A DNA stretch of 49,623 nt. Source: a virus (Duplodnaviria > Caudoviricetes). The DNA lies in the IMG/VR virus record IMGVR_UViG_3300028585_000031, positions 1 to 49,623 of that record, one strand, 5' to 3'. The position numbers and the translations under genes were made by a program. A model generated the notes under the pieces. That model was not told the DNA's origin and ran no database searches. It was given only the letters and a program-made list of their open reading frames with translations. The first letter of the stretch is position 1, and every line of letters begins with the position of its first letter. Below, one piece after another: positions 22,900 to 33,191 of the stretch.

Positions 22900-25382
22900 T
22901 ATTGCACCGCCACCGGGCCGGAAAATGCCTTGTGCTGCATCAGCGGGGAGCCGTTGCTGTTGGTGACCACCAGCCACCCAATTTCGCCCACCCACAGATT
23001 CGACCCCGGCAGTGGCACCAGCAGATCGCCAGTGCTGTCGGTGCCCTCGCTCGTGCCCTTCTCAACTGGTGCCGTGAACAGGTGCGGCGTGGCTTGGTCG
23101 AACCATGCCCAATTCAGGCCGCCGATATTCGGGATCGGCTGGCCATCGCTCCCGACAAGCCGGATCCGCGCCACAGGTGCCCGAGGGATCACCGGATTAC
23201 TTGGTGCGGAGCTTGCGCTGTAGCCAATTTCATTAAGTGCCTGTACCGTAAAGGTGACTTCGGCATCGCGCGGTACGGTGATTCGCACAGGGCTACCGTT
23301 GCCATCGGCAACCTGACCAGTGGAAGATGTGACGCGGAATGCCATGACTGGCCATCCGCCATCGAAATCAGAAGGCGTGAAGGAAACCAGTGCATACCCA
23401 TTGCGCGCCGCGGCAGTTACCTCGAACGGGGCGCCAGGGACACTGCCAGGGGTAACGGGTGCCGATGGTGCCGATACCGGCGACAAGCCGATAGCGTTGC
23501 GCGCTTGAACAGTGAATGTCGCCACCACGCCATCCGGGGAGTCGACCAGAATTGGGCTGCTGCTGCCAACTACTACATCGCCTGTGGACGCCGTAACGCG
23601 GTAATCAAGAACAGGGGATCCGCCATCAGAAACTGGCGCTACAAAACTCACCACAGCACCGCCGCTTGATGCATTGGCCGTGACGTTGCGCGGCGCGGTC
23701 GGTGCCGTTGGCGCTGGCGTCACGGTGTTGGATGCAGCCGATTCAGGACCGGTGCCGGCAGAGTTGATTGCTGCGACCGTCACTGTTGCAGCTACCCCGT
23801 TAGGGATGGACAAGCGGATCGGGCTGGCCTCTGCAGTTGCCGATTGGCCGCTTGATGCCGTTGCCCGATAGTTGGAGATTTCACCACCACCCGTATTGGT
23901 AGGGGCTGTGAAAGAAACATCGACGAATCCATTCCCGGCAGTTGCTGAGACACCGGTAGGGGCACCAGGCAGGGTTACTGTCGGAGCATCGCCAGGACCG
24001 GATCCTCCGCCCGATACACCGAGGATGGTAAATGGCTGCCCGGAAACCAATACCTTGCCGGATGCGCTGGTCGAGCTGACCACGACCGTATAGTCGCCGG
24101 ACTCCAGCTGCGTGAGAGTAACATTGATAGTTGCTTCAACAGCATTGTATCCGACATCAACAGTTTCGCTTTTCGAAATTGCGCCATTGCCAGCCGCCAC
24201 TAGATCAACCGAAATGGAATTGGACCTGGTGAAAGCGACACCGATCGTGATGTTCTGGCCATCTGGCGCACCTTGGCTGGCAATGCGCACCGTGGCTGCT
24301 GGCGGAGCTGCCGTCAAGGAAACGCTGTCGGTGATGCTGGTATTATTGCTGTACCTAACTTCAAGAAGTCCTGTGCCGGCTGTCACCGCCGGCATGTTGG
24401 CCATGAAACTACCGCCAGACGGATTCGAAACAACCGTGACCCATGATCCGCCACTAAATCGTGCCTGGATACTTGTCGGAACGGTTCCCGAATACGTACC
24501 CGAGAATTGAAATCCCTCGCTGTTGACCGTCGATCCAGCTGGTGGGCTGGTGATCTTAATGCCAGGTACAACTGCCGCAGAATTTTCATACCCGGCGTAT
24601 GGATCGTTATAATGCTGCGTGACTTCGGGTCCGGAAAGAGCGCGTGACCATATAGCCTGGTCAACCAGAATGAGATCGGTCAGCGTGGCCGATGTGATGC
24701 CGTGCTGCGTACCATTTGTCGAGCCAGTCCACGCTGTGTTGTACACCACCAATTCCGGGTACGTGATTGACGACATCAGTACGCCATTCAGGTAGGCCGA
24801 AAGGGTATCTCCATCACGCACCAGATGCAGGTCGACGATGGTATTCATCGGGGCCCGGAAACTAGTCGTTGTATAGCCGGTCGAGCTGGGCACGTAGGGG
24901 CCACTGCCACCGCCTGCGCGCCAGTAAAAATAAACATAGCCCGATGGGTGCTCGAACATGCTCAGATTTACTTTTACACCGCCAGCGTCGGCATAAGCCG
25001 CAACGGTGCGAACGCCAGCAGCTGCCAATGTAACTACAGAAGGCGTCCTGTAGCGGTGGTAAATAGTGAAGGAGGCTTTGCCATCGGCACTGCCAAACCC
25101 CATAGGCCCGATCGACATCCCGCGATACGCCAAGGCCGCACTTTTCCCATTGCTGGTGTCGCGCCCGAGAATTCCTGGCGCGGCCGTCACAACTGGGAAT
25201 GTGGCGCCAGAATCTTTCGTCAGCGTACGCGTTCCGATGTGCGGGGCACCGTCGCCCCCGGCGTAGGAATTGGCCGGGTTTCCTGCGAAATCATAAGCTG
25301 CCACCAGCCCCGTATTCAGGGCATAGGCAATATTTGATTTAAGGGTGAGCGGATAAGTCCGTTCGGTACGTGCGACTGCCAT
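22899..25382 (-). CDS. LamG/ConA + Ig + three fibronectin type III domains protein (827 aa)
   Basis: LHLVRDG....YLNG...AIWSRALS..EV (LamG); three PGAPT.V.A.AG......V.F..P...GG.....Y..T.S.G FN3 repeats. Confidence 0.85.
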   Translation of the reverse strand: MAVARTERTYPLTLKSNIAYALNTGLVAAYDFAGNPANSYAGGDGAPHIGTRTLTKDSGATFPVVTAAPGILGRDTSNGKSAALAYRGMSIGPMGFGSADGKASFTIYHRYRTPSVVTLAAAGVRTVAAYADAGGVKVNLSMFEHPSGYVYFYWRAGGGSGPYVPSSTGYTTTSFRAPMNTIVDLHLVRDGDTLSAYLNGVLMSSITYPELVVYNTAWTGSTNGTQHGITSATLTDLILVDQAIWSRALSGPEVTQHYNDPYAGYENSAAVVPGIKITSPPAGSTVNSEGFQFSGTYSGTVPTSIQARFSGGSWVTVVSNPSGGSFMANMPAVTAGTGLLEVRYSNNTSITDSVSLTAAPPAATVRIASQGAPDGQNITIGVAFTRSNSISVDLVAAGNGAISKSETVDVGYNAVEATINVTLTQLESGDYTVVVSSTSASGKVLVSGQPFTILGVSGGGSGPGDAPTVTLPGAPTGVSATAGNGFVDVSFTAPTNTGGGEISNYRATASSGQSATAEASPIRLSIPNGVAATVTVAAINSAGTGPESAASNTVTPAPTAPTAPRNVTANASSGGAVVSFVAPVSDGGSPVLDYRVTASTGDVVVGSSSPILVDSPDGVVATFTVQARNAIGLSPVSAPSAPVTPGSVPGAPFEVTAAARNGYALVSFTPSDFDGGWPVMAFRVTSSTGQVADGNGSPVRITVPRDAEVTFTVQALNEIGYSASSAPSNPVIPRAPVARIRLVGSDGQPIPNIGGLNWAWFDQATPHLFTAPVEKGTSEGTDSTGDLLVPLPGSNLWVGEIGWLVVTNSNGSPLMQHKAFSGPVAVQ

Positions 25383-28216
25383 TACAGGGCCTCCCAATCA
25401 GCAGGGTTCGGTGGTGAAATTAATGCGTATGGGATAGGAACGCCCCACTCTCGGCTCTTCAAACTTCCGACAGGCACGCCGTCAGCGATATTCTTTTTCA
25501 CTTTGTCATCCCACTGCTTGTGGAAATCAGCCACGATGCTCGCGGCCTGCTGGACTTCGGTCCATGCATATTGGCATTCCACATCAGGGAAATAATTCAA
25601 ACGGATCGACGGCCACTGCGCGCGCAATTGTTCGGACGAATCTGGGGCGTTGAAGGTTCCGTCGGCGTTGTGAATCCAGTCTTCATTCCCCTGCAGCGGA
25701 TATTTGGTATCCCGCCATTCGCCCCAATTAGCTGCCAGGCGCGGGTTCACCGCCGTGGTATGGTCGAGTGGGATATATGGGCCGCCACCGAATACGCGCT
25801 GCGCATCAGGTAGGGCGGAGGACATATAAGACCCGCGTGTCTGAGTAAACCACTGAATGGACCCCGCATCAAGAATCCTGATGATGGTCAGCAGCGCCTT
25901 TTGCGGGACCTCCCCCATATTCCACAAGCGTTTAAAAAACCCCGTTTGACGCATGAAGGCCAGGGTGCCGGCCATATAAAACGTCAGGCCGAAGGAGTCA
26001 GCAACCCACTTGCCGCTGGTACTGGAAAAGTGGATTGGGACGCCGAACCTCTTAAGTGCTTGGGTTTCCGTATCTTGCCGGTTTTCTATCCACATGGGGA
26101 TATACCCCTGCTGATAGACGTTTTCAAGCTCCTTCAAAACGCGCGCTTCGATGCTGGTTCGTGTAATTCCCAGGTTCGGATGGTCAGATGCAAGCTTCCA
26201 CATGCGCGCAGCCTGCAGGAGGCGCCACGCGTGCTGCCGGAATCCCAAGTATTTGCTGGCTGATGTGTTAAGGGATACTTCGGTCAGTGCGCACATCGTG
26301 CTGAGCATGTAACGATGCTTTGCCGAATAGGCATGCGCCGGGCTGTTGTAGTGCAGTGCGATGTCTGCCGGCGAGGTGTAGTCGTGCAGCCAATCAACTG
26401 CATACCCGCCCCATGGCATGCGGTAATTCGCATCGGTAAAAGCGCCGCCGTGTGGCCGCGAATTGCGGTTTGTCGGGCTCGCACCGACGGCGAACATGGG
26501 TACTGCAAAATCCACGCCTCCCGCCGTATAGCTGCGGTTCGAACCGTAGTATGCACGCCCGACACTCCACTTGCCCTGCACTGCTTCGTCGGCGGGGATG
26601 GTCTTGAAGTCACGGATATCGCCATCGATCCAGTGGCAGGAGTGGTTGAAATAGTTCAGCTTCCAGTGTTCGTGCAGCTCTTGGATCGATGCGTTCGATC
26701 TCAGGTGAACAAAGTCAGGAGCGCCGAGCGCGATCATCGTCGGTCCCGCCATACACCCACGGTCTGGACGAACTCCGCCCGGGCCGGTGATATGGTTGTG
26801 CCCGCCAAAATTTCCTGGCTCATAGCAAAGACCGATAAGCCGCGCAACACCATACGAAAGCGAGCCGAATTGCGATGCCGGCAATCCATGTACCGAGGCC
26901 CATTCTGGCGTTGATGCCTTGCTGTCGGTGCTGTTATTGGGGTTGATGTCAAACAGGTACGGGTCGAAGGATGGGTCTGCGCGAACAGCATCAACATTCA
27001 GCGCATTTGCATACTTGCCGTGGGCGAACCAGTGCTCGAGCGCATGAACGCCGATGCTGACCGAAAAGATCGAATACGCCGCGTAGGAGCCTGCATAGGC
27101 GGCCTTTTCCTTGTGCATCGAAGGCCGCAGATTGCGCGTGTCGAAACCTGGGAACCATTTCTTCGACTTGACGCTCATCTTCGGCGTGTTCGATTGCCAG
27201 AACAGCATTTGCGCGCAGTTCATGTGAAGGCGCATTGGCTTACTGATGGTCGGGAAATCCGACAAGTCATCCGAGTTGATCGGGAGATTATCCCGCGGCA
27301 TATCCCACGTATGGAGAAGCACGCCGTCGGCCCTGTACAATTTTGCTTTGAACGGTGGCGCGTAAGTATTCGAGATTCCATAGCTGACAGCAGCGTCGAA
27401 AGTACGCGTACCCGTACGGTATCCGCTTTCTCGCGGGTAGTTCGGCCAGCTGCCATCAGCGCCCCCCGTTGGCTTCTGGCCTACCAGCACCTGGTGCAAG
27501 GAGCGTCCGGAGGAAGAATTGGCGCTTGCATTCATCGAAAAGAGGATTGCGCCAAACTCGATATCGCCGAACACCACTTTTTCAGTGGAATTCGTCACAC
27601 GGACATCGCCCATGCCTGCCGCCACTTCTGCATCCGTGAACACCCAGTTTTCCAGGCGGTTGTTGAAGTGGATGCGGCCCGCTTCGCGAATATTGGATGG
27701 ATCGCGCCAGTCTTCGATAACAACATACGAAGGCGCTTCCGAACTCAAGGCTGGCGGTGCATATCCAGTACCCGAAGGCAGAAATGGCGGTGGCTTGATC
27801 CGCAGATTCGGCGTTACCGCGATGCTGTTCGTGGTCGTCGGATTCGACGGCACCACGAAGTCGGCGTTCGACCCGACTAGGCCCAGCGTACCTTCGATCC
27901 AGTTGCTGTTGCCCTCGATGCGCAGCACCGCCACGCCAGCGGCCAGGTCGGCAGCCAGCGCAGTGGTGACACCGGATGTGAAGCCATACTTCGTAACGAC
28001 GCCACCCTCAACGACAACCGTGCCGGTCAGAGCCGCGTCACGGAACTTTGTCCCATTGGCATAGGCGTTGGCTTGCGCCGTTCCTACAGGTGCGATCTTG
28101 CATATCACGCGCCGCGTATTGCCAAGCCCGTTTTTAAATGCATTCGACCAGGCGGTATTGCTGGTAGTGGCGGCGCTCAATACGGCCGCGAATTCTGGAT
28201 TAACGCGCAGGGTCAT
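25382..28216 (-). CDS. large hypothetical virion-associated protein (944 aa)
   Basis: Long ORF from ATG 28216; beta-rich N-terminus, aromatic/His-rich body; lower GC3 than core genes. Confidence 0.8.
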   Translation of the reverse strand: MTLRVNPEFAAVLSAATTSNTAWSNAFKNGLGNTRRVICKIAPVGTAQANAYANGTKFRDAALTGTVVVEGGVVTKYGFTSGVTTALAADLAAGVAVLRIEGNSNWIEGTLGLVGSNADFVVPSNPTTTNSIAVTPNLRIKPPPFLPSGTGYAPPALSSEAPSYVVIEDWRDPSNIREAGRIHFNNRLENWVFTDAEVAAGMGDVRVTNSTEKVVFGDIEFGAILFSMNASANSSSGRSLHQVLVGQKPTGGADGSWPNYPRESGYRTGTRTFDAAVSYGISNTYAPPFKAKLYRADGVLLHTWDMPRDNLPINSDDLSDFPTISKPMRLHMNCAQMLFWQSNTPKMSVKSKKWFPGFDTRNLRPSMHKEKAAYAGSYAAYSIFSVSIGVHALEHWFAHGKYANALNVDAVRADPSFDPYLFDINPNNSTDSKASTPEWASVHGLPASQFGSLSYGVARLIGLCYEPGNFGGHNHITGPGGVRPDRGCMAGPTMIALGAPDFVHLRSNASIQELHEHWKLNYFNHSCHWIDGDIRDFKTIPADEAVQGKWSVGRAYYGSNRSYTAGGVDFAVPMFAVGASPTNRNSRPHGGAFTDANYRMPWGGYAVDWLHDYTSPADIALHYNSPAHAYSAKHRYMLSTMCALTEVSLNTSASKYLGFRQHAWRLLQAARMWKLASDHPNLGITRTSIEARVLKELENVYQQGYIPMWIENRQDTETQALKRFGVPIHFSSTSGKWVADSFGLTFYMAGTLAFMRQTGFFKRLWNMGEVPQKALLTIIRILDAGSIQWFTQTRGSYMSSALPDAQRVFGGGPYIPLDHTTAVNPRLAANWGEWRDTKYPLQGNEDWIHNADGTFNAPDSSEQLRAQWPSIRLNYFPDVECQYAWTEVQQAASIVADFHKQWDDKVKKNIADGVPVGSLKSREWGVPIPYALISPPNPADWEAL

Positions 28217-28793
28217 GTTCTGAAATCTCGCTGGTGGTCGTGATGCGTTCGATCCGGCCCTTTCGGTCCCGAATAATAGTGGCGCGCAGTTTGCGATCGC
28301 CTTTCGTGATGTGCATGGTGTCCATGCGCCCCTTGCTGTCACGGGTAATTTCGGCTTGCATTGGCACTTCGCCGCCTACCTTGATGCTTTTTAATGGTTC
28401 TGGTGAGGAATGTGCATCTTGATCTGCTTCCAGGGGTGGCGCACGCATCGGCAGGGATGCGATCAGGCGCTGCGTGGCCGACGGCTCTAGTTGCGGTACT
28501 GGGGCGGCTGGCGATGGCTCCGGGGGTGGTGCTGGCGGAGCGGGTGCTGGCGCCGGTGCTGGTGGCGCCTGGCGCGCCTGCTGCGTGATGGCTGCCGTAA
28601 GCTGGCGCATCTGCTCGCCTTGCGCGCGCACGATGTCGGCTTGTGCGCGCAGCAGGGCGCGGGCTTCGGTATCAATGGCGGGCTGTGGCGTCGGCGCAGA
28701 TGCGGCTGGCGGCGCCACCTCTGGCACTTCTTGCGCCGAAGGCGCGCGGTTGGCCAGCTTGTCTAGATCGGCCTGGCTCTTGACGCGGATCAT
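28200..28793 (-). CDS. Pro/Ala-rich hypothetical protein with two RDxxGR hairpin motifs
   Basis: ATG 28793 overlaps the upstream stop; ITRDSKGRM and IIRDRKGRI. Confidence 0.7.
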   Translation of the reverse strand: MIRVKSQADLDKLANRAPSAQEVPEVAPPAASAPTPQPAIDTEARALLRAQADIVRAQGEQMRQLTAAITQQARQAPPAPAPAPAPPAPPPEPSPAAPVPQLEPSATQRLIASLPMRAPPLEADQDAHSSPEPLKSIKVGGEVPMQAEITRDSKGRMDTMHITKGDRKLRATIIRDRKGRIERITTTSEISEHDPAR

Positions 28794-31603
28794 GCGCCAC
28801 CTTTCATGCACTTGAGCAGCGCCTGCAGGTTTTCCTTGTCCTCGCGCACCGAGCGCAGCGCCTGGTCGGCCGGAACCTCAACGGTTTCTGTCTTTCCGGT
28901 TTCCTCGACGAAGACTTCGTGCTGAACTTTCACGCGCTTGTAGAAGGCCAGGGGGATGTCGGCGCCGTCGTCGCGGTCGGCATCGGCGGTGCGGGATTCT
29001 TCAGCTTGGCGCGCGCCTTGCGCTCGCGGCGCAGGCGCTGTTTCTTCTGGAACTTGCGGGCGTTCGGGCACATTGGCGTTTTCCTTTTCAGCTTGCGGTG
29101 CGTATGGCTTCTTCGTGTCTCCGCTTTTTAGCCACGCCTTGAATCCCTCTGAGCTTGTTTCGCTGATGTTCTTGCCGCCCTTCCAGCCCGCTTCGTAATT
29201 CGCGGCATAGCCGGCGCTGGCTTCTTCCAGGCTGTCGAAGCCGAGAAGGATTTTATGCTCATCAAATCGTCCCGTTGCCGGGTCGATCTGATCGACGACG
29301 AAGACGCGATCACTGTCAGGATTGGGGCCAATGAACGCATCAACATGGTCGCCGTCCGCACCTTCCGTGCGGCGGATGTAGCCATAATGGTGGGCAAGCT
29401 GGTTCTCCCATGCAGTGCCGTCCGGTGCCACGCCCTTGCGCGTGCTACCGGCCGGGTTCTCGATGCTGATATCCAGGCCGTGTACCTTGACGCGGCCTAC
29501 CTTGTAGTTGCCGGCTTCCTTCTGCGCCTGGCTCGGTTCTGGAAGATCGTTCGTCGGGCTGGTGGCTGCCTCGTTCGCAGCCTGCTCGATCAGTGCAGCG
29601 TCGGCGTCGGCGCTGCCAGTTGCGCGAACAGCACCAGCGTCACTAACTCCATCGACCGTTCCGACATCGGCTCGGCCTTCTCCAGGCTGTTGCGCATCAG
29701 CGCGATCTCCGACGATTTGACCCTGCCCAGCCAGATCAGCAATTTGATCGCTTGATCCTCGGGCAGCGCTATCGTCCTGCGCCAGAACTGCGTCGTTTGC
29801 ATTCGTCACCTCGGCTTTCGGTTGAAGGATGAAGCCGCCATCAACGGGCAGCAGGTCGTGTGTTTCGGCGTAGCCGCCCTCGGCCATACGGCGCTTGGCT
29901 GCGAACTCGGATTTGAATGGACTGCCCGACGGCGCCGTGATGACGTCGTTCAGGACTGGAATGCCATCAGCCGGTGCCAGTTGATCGGTCAGCGTCGGGA
30001 TCGGGCCGGCGGCTGCTGGCGCGATGCGCGCGCCGTTCGGCACCGACTTGCCCATGTCTCGCTCGCGCTGCGCCAGAAGTTCGCCGGCAGTCTCTTGGTC
30101 ACGCGCCTCTTGGCCGGTGCGCACCTGATCGCCGTAGGTTTCGCGCGCGGCGCCTCCTTCGCTGTCGACGCGGATCGCGCCGCCCGGCGCTTCCCGGTCC
30201 GGGCCCGGCAGCATGCCCTCTTCGCCCTTCTGCAGGGCGCCATATTTTGCCTGTGTGTCGAGCGTCAACCACTTCGAAGGGATGACCGTGTAGTCGGTGC
30301 CCTTGGGGTGCGGCACGATCATCAAGTTCATGCCCTTGGCGCCTGGCGCTGCGATCAACGACTGGGCGTATGCTAGTGGCACGCCTTCGTGGCGCGCCCC
30401 CCATGCGGCCAGGTTTTGTGCCTCAGCTTCCTCGTTCGGGACGAACTTCTGTTCGGGTTCCGGCTCGGGCTGGATGCGCTTCCCGGTTTCCGGGTCGCGG
30501 CCCATGATCTCGCGCTCGCGGCGGGTGCGCTCTTCGCCTTCAGGGAATTGCGTCAGGTAGGCTTGCAGATCCTGCTTGTGCCCGACGGAGCCGTCAGGGA
30601 ACGAGATCAGCGGTTGCGGGTCGTACTCGAGCTGCAACACCTGCTGTTCGATCGAGGTGTTCGCCGCGCGCGTGAGCGGGCCTGATTCTGGAACCTTCTG
30701 ACTGCGGATGATCGAAGCCGATCCGCCCATGCCGCCGCCCAGCACGCCGACCCCCACGGAATCGACGTAATCGCGGATGGCGTCAGCGGTATTCAATTCC
30801 TGGCCGGCGCCATAGCGCTCGATGCCGGTCTGGATGCCCTCGGTTACGCCTTCGCGCGTGGCAGCCAATGGAATCTCACGCAGACCAGCTTTGACGATAC
30901 CTTCGCCGCCGCGGCGCGCGCCGGTCATCACGCGACCCAGCATCAGTGCATCCATTGCGGTATCGACGCCGGCAGCGGCCACGGCCGAGCCGACCACGCG
31001 CGCCTTGTCCTGGCCGTCGAGTTCACGCCCTTCGGCTTTGGCCACGTGCAGCGCTTCAGGGTAGATCGATCCAGCTTCCTGGCTTAGGTTCGACCCGAAC
31101 AGCGCCGTGGCTGCGCCGGCCTTGGCCCCACGCGACGCCACCTTCTGCGCTACCTGGCGCGCGGCCAGCGATTCGGCGCCACGCGCAACCACGCCGGCAA
31201 TGCCGCGCTTGGCCAGTTGCGAGCCGATGAAGCCGCCCAGACCGCCGGTGGCCACGGCCTGCAGCGCCTGGCCGGCCACGTAGCCGGAATTATTCGCCAG
31301 CCAGTCGCCAGCCGACGCATCCCCGTCGAGTACATTCGACAGCGAATCGGCATCCTTGGTGATAACCTGGATTTTGTCGCTGTTGTTCTGGTAGACGCCG
31401 AGGCCGTATTCCTTCAGGCCTTCTATCCCAGCCACGTCGCCGGCCAGCGCCAGCGTTCCGCCAAGCGTTTGCGGCACCTGCAACATGGCCTTTTCAAAGC
31501 CACGTGAAAAATTACCCTGTTCTTGCACGGGCTCTTCCTGCTGCGCGGTTTCCAGCGTACGGAATCGGATGCCTTGCTTGGCCAGGTCGGAGAAATTCGG
31601 CAT
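28790..31603 (-). CDS. polyvalent ejection protein with inorganic pyrophosphatase (InPase) domain
   Basis: GNYK.G.V...GL.ISIENP.GS.R.G...HYGYI..T.GADGDHVD.F.G...FDEHK...GF; Gly/Ala-rich amphipathic N-terminal third. Confidence 0.85.
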   Translation of the reverse strand: MPNFSDLAKQGIRFRTLETAQQEEPVQEQGNFSRGFEKAMLQVPQTLGGTLALAGDVAGIEGLKEYGLGVYQNNSDKIQVITKDADSLSNVLDGDASAGDWLANNSGYVAGQALQAVATGGLGGFIGSQLAKRGIAGVVARGAESLAARQVAQKVASRGAKAGAATALFGSNLSQEAGSIYPEALHVAKAEGRELDGQDKARVVGSAVAAAGVDTAMDALMLGRVMTGARRGGEGIVKAGLREIPLAATREGVTEGIQTGIERYGAGQELNTADAIRDYVDSVGVGVLGGGMGGSASIIRSQKVPESGPLTRAANTSIEQQVLQLEYDPQPLISFPDGSVGHKQDLQAYLTQFPEGEERTRREREIMGRDPETGKRIQPEPEPEQKFVPNEEAEAQNLAAWGARHEGVPLAYAQSLIAAPGAKGMNLMIVPHPKGTDYTVIPSKWLTLDTQAKYGALQKGEEGMLPGPDREAPGGAIRVDSEGGAARETYGDQVRTGQEARDQETAGELLAQRERDMGKSVPNGARIAPAAAGPIPTLTDQLAPADGIPVLNDVITAPSGSPFKSEFAAKRRMAEGGYAETHDLLPVDGGFILQPKAEVTNANDAVLAQDDSAARGSSDQIADLAGQGQIVGDRADAQQPGEGRADVGTVDGVSDAGAVRATGSADADAALIEQAANEAATSPTNDLPEPSQAQKEAGNYKVGRVKVHGLDISIENPAGSTRKGVAPDGTAWENQLAHHYGYIRRTEGADGDHVDAFIGPNPDSDRVFVVDQIDPATGRFDEHKILLGFDSLEEASAGYAANYEAGWKGGKNISETSSEGFKAWLKSGDTKKPYAPQAEKENANVPERPQVPEETAPAPRAQGARQAEESRTADADRDDGADIPLAFYKRVKVQHEVFVEETGKTETVEVPADQALRSVREDKENLQALLKCMKGGA

Positions 31604-31633
31604 ATAGTTTATCGCTGGAAATGTACCCAAGCG

Positions 31634-31662
31634 ATGCTAGTTCCTGTGTTGAATTTTGGCAA
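31634..31662 (-). promoter_or_regulatory. internal sigma70-type promoter
   Basis: TTGCCA-17 nt-TAGCAT in the AT-rich gap before the InPase gene. Confidence 0.6.
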
Positions 31663-31670
31663 CCGGTTTA

Positions 31671-33191
31671 TTACTTCGGCGCCCGCTCGTAGGCAGAAAT
31701 GATGCGCTTTTCGTTCGATTGATCGCGGCGGCGCGCCGCGTCACCAAAGCGCGCATTCCATTCGGTATAGGCTGGGTTCACCACATAATCGTTTCCCACC
31801 CATATTTTTTGCTTGGGTGCTGAAGGAATAGCGCCAACGCTGCGCACAGTTTGCTGGAATGGGTTGGTCACGGTGCTGGTGGGCGGCTTGTATCCCATCG
31901 CGCCCAGGGCTGCATCGTCCAGCCCGATCTCCCTGGCCAGCGCCCACTTCGCGGCGTACTGAGGCGAATCGGGCTTCAGGCCGCTGAATTCCTCGCGCAC
32001 AGCTGCTTCGACCTGGGCGTTTTCTTTGACAGCACCAAACGAACTTTCGAGCTGCGCGCGGTAGCTGGCGATCTGCTGCGGCGTGGCGCTCGGGTTGTTT
32101 TCCTGGAACGTCTTGATGCTGTCGGCGACAATCTTGCCAGTCAGCTCGTCGGCGCTCTTGCCGCTGGTCTTGCCCTTGCCGATGCCGGCAAACGCTTTCT
32201 TTTCCTCGGTGCTGAGTTTGACGCCAGTGGCGGTTTCGATCTCGGCGATCTGACCGGCCAGGGTCTGCTTCTTGAACTGCTGGCGTTCCAGCGTCAATCG
32301 TTGTTGCTTGATGCCCAGCTGTGCCGCCTGCTGCGCGCGCGTGGCCTGGTTGTTGGCCGCTGCTTCGGCTTCGGCCACCCGATTGTGGCGCCCGGTCTCG
32401 GCGATCTGCTGGCCGGTCTGGTAGGTCTGGGTATCCTGCTGCTGGGCGGCCATGCGGGTCTTCATGTCGGTCAGCAGCAGGGAGGCGCCGCGCACGCTGT
32501 CCACGACTGGTTTCCCGTCCTTGCCTACCACCCGCGAATCGACGATTTCGCGTCCGGCCGCGTCCTTGGTAATGAAGTGCTCGATCATCGTGTTCGGGCT
32601 GACGTTCCAGCGCCCGCCCTTGGCGTTGAACACGTCGGCAGCCTGCTGGCCCACAGTTCCGGACAGCTTGCCGCCGGCCTTCTTGATGTCGTCGACGGAT
32701 GGCGCCGCAGCCTGGATCGCGCCCAGGATCTGGTCGGTGCCTTCGTCGAGCGCCGTCTGCGCGAACTTCTCGTATTCGCGTGCTTTATCGAGCTGGCCGG
32801 CGCTGCGCAGCACTGCTGCGGCACGCTTGTCCTTGGCCGATTGCGAGTTCACCCCGACCAGCGCCTGCTCGGCGCCGGTGCGATCGGCGAATACCTGGCC
32901 GTTGGCCTTGTAGCCTACGGCCGGTTGATGCGTCGGATCGCCGCCGCTCATGCTGCTGATGTCGTAGCTTGGCACATCTTCGACGGCCTGATCGGCTTGC
33001 GATGCGGCCAAGTCAGCTTCCAGCTTATCGGCCTTGTCCATCTTGGCTTGGCGGCGCTCATAATCCGCATCATCGCGGTCGGCGAGCCGCTTATCTCGTT
33101 CGTTGCGTTGGAATTGCGCCCGCCCTTGGGCATAGCCGGACATGCCAACACCGATACCTGCGATCAGGGATGCAAGGGATTTCAGGCTCAT
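31671..33191 (-). CDS. putative internal virion/ejection protein
   Basis: 506 aa; Gly-rich hydrophobic N-terminus, then Q/A-rich helices; position between ejection genes. Confidence 0.7.
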   Translation of the reverse strand: MSLKSLASLIAGIGVGMSGYAQGRAQFQRNERDKRLADRDDADYERRQAKMDKADKLEADLAASQADQAVEDVPSYDISSMSGGDPTHQPAVGYKANGQVFADRTGAEQALVGVNSQSAKDKRAAAVLRSAGQLDKAREYEKFAQTALDEGTDQILGAIQAAAPSVDDIKKAGGKLSGTVGQQAADVFNAKGGRWNVSPNTMIEHFITKDAAGREIVDSRVVGKDGKPVVDSVRGASLLLTDMKTRMAAQQQDTQTYQTGQQIAETGRHNRVAEAEAAANNQATRAQQAAQLGIKQQRLTLERQQFKKQTLAGQIAEIETATGVKLSTEEKKAFAGIGKGKTSGKSADELTGKIVADSIKTFQENNPSATPQQIASYRAQLESSFGAVKENAQVEAAVREEFSGLKPDSPQYAAKWALAREIGLDDAALGAMGYKPPTSTVTNPFQQTVRSVGAIPSAPKQKIWVGNDYVVNPAYTEWNARFGDAARRRDQSNEKRIISAYERAPK

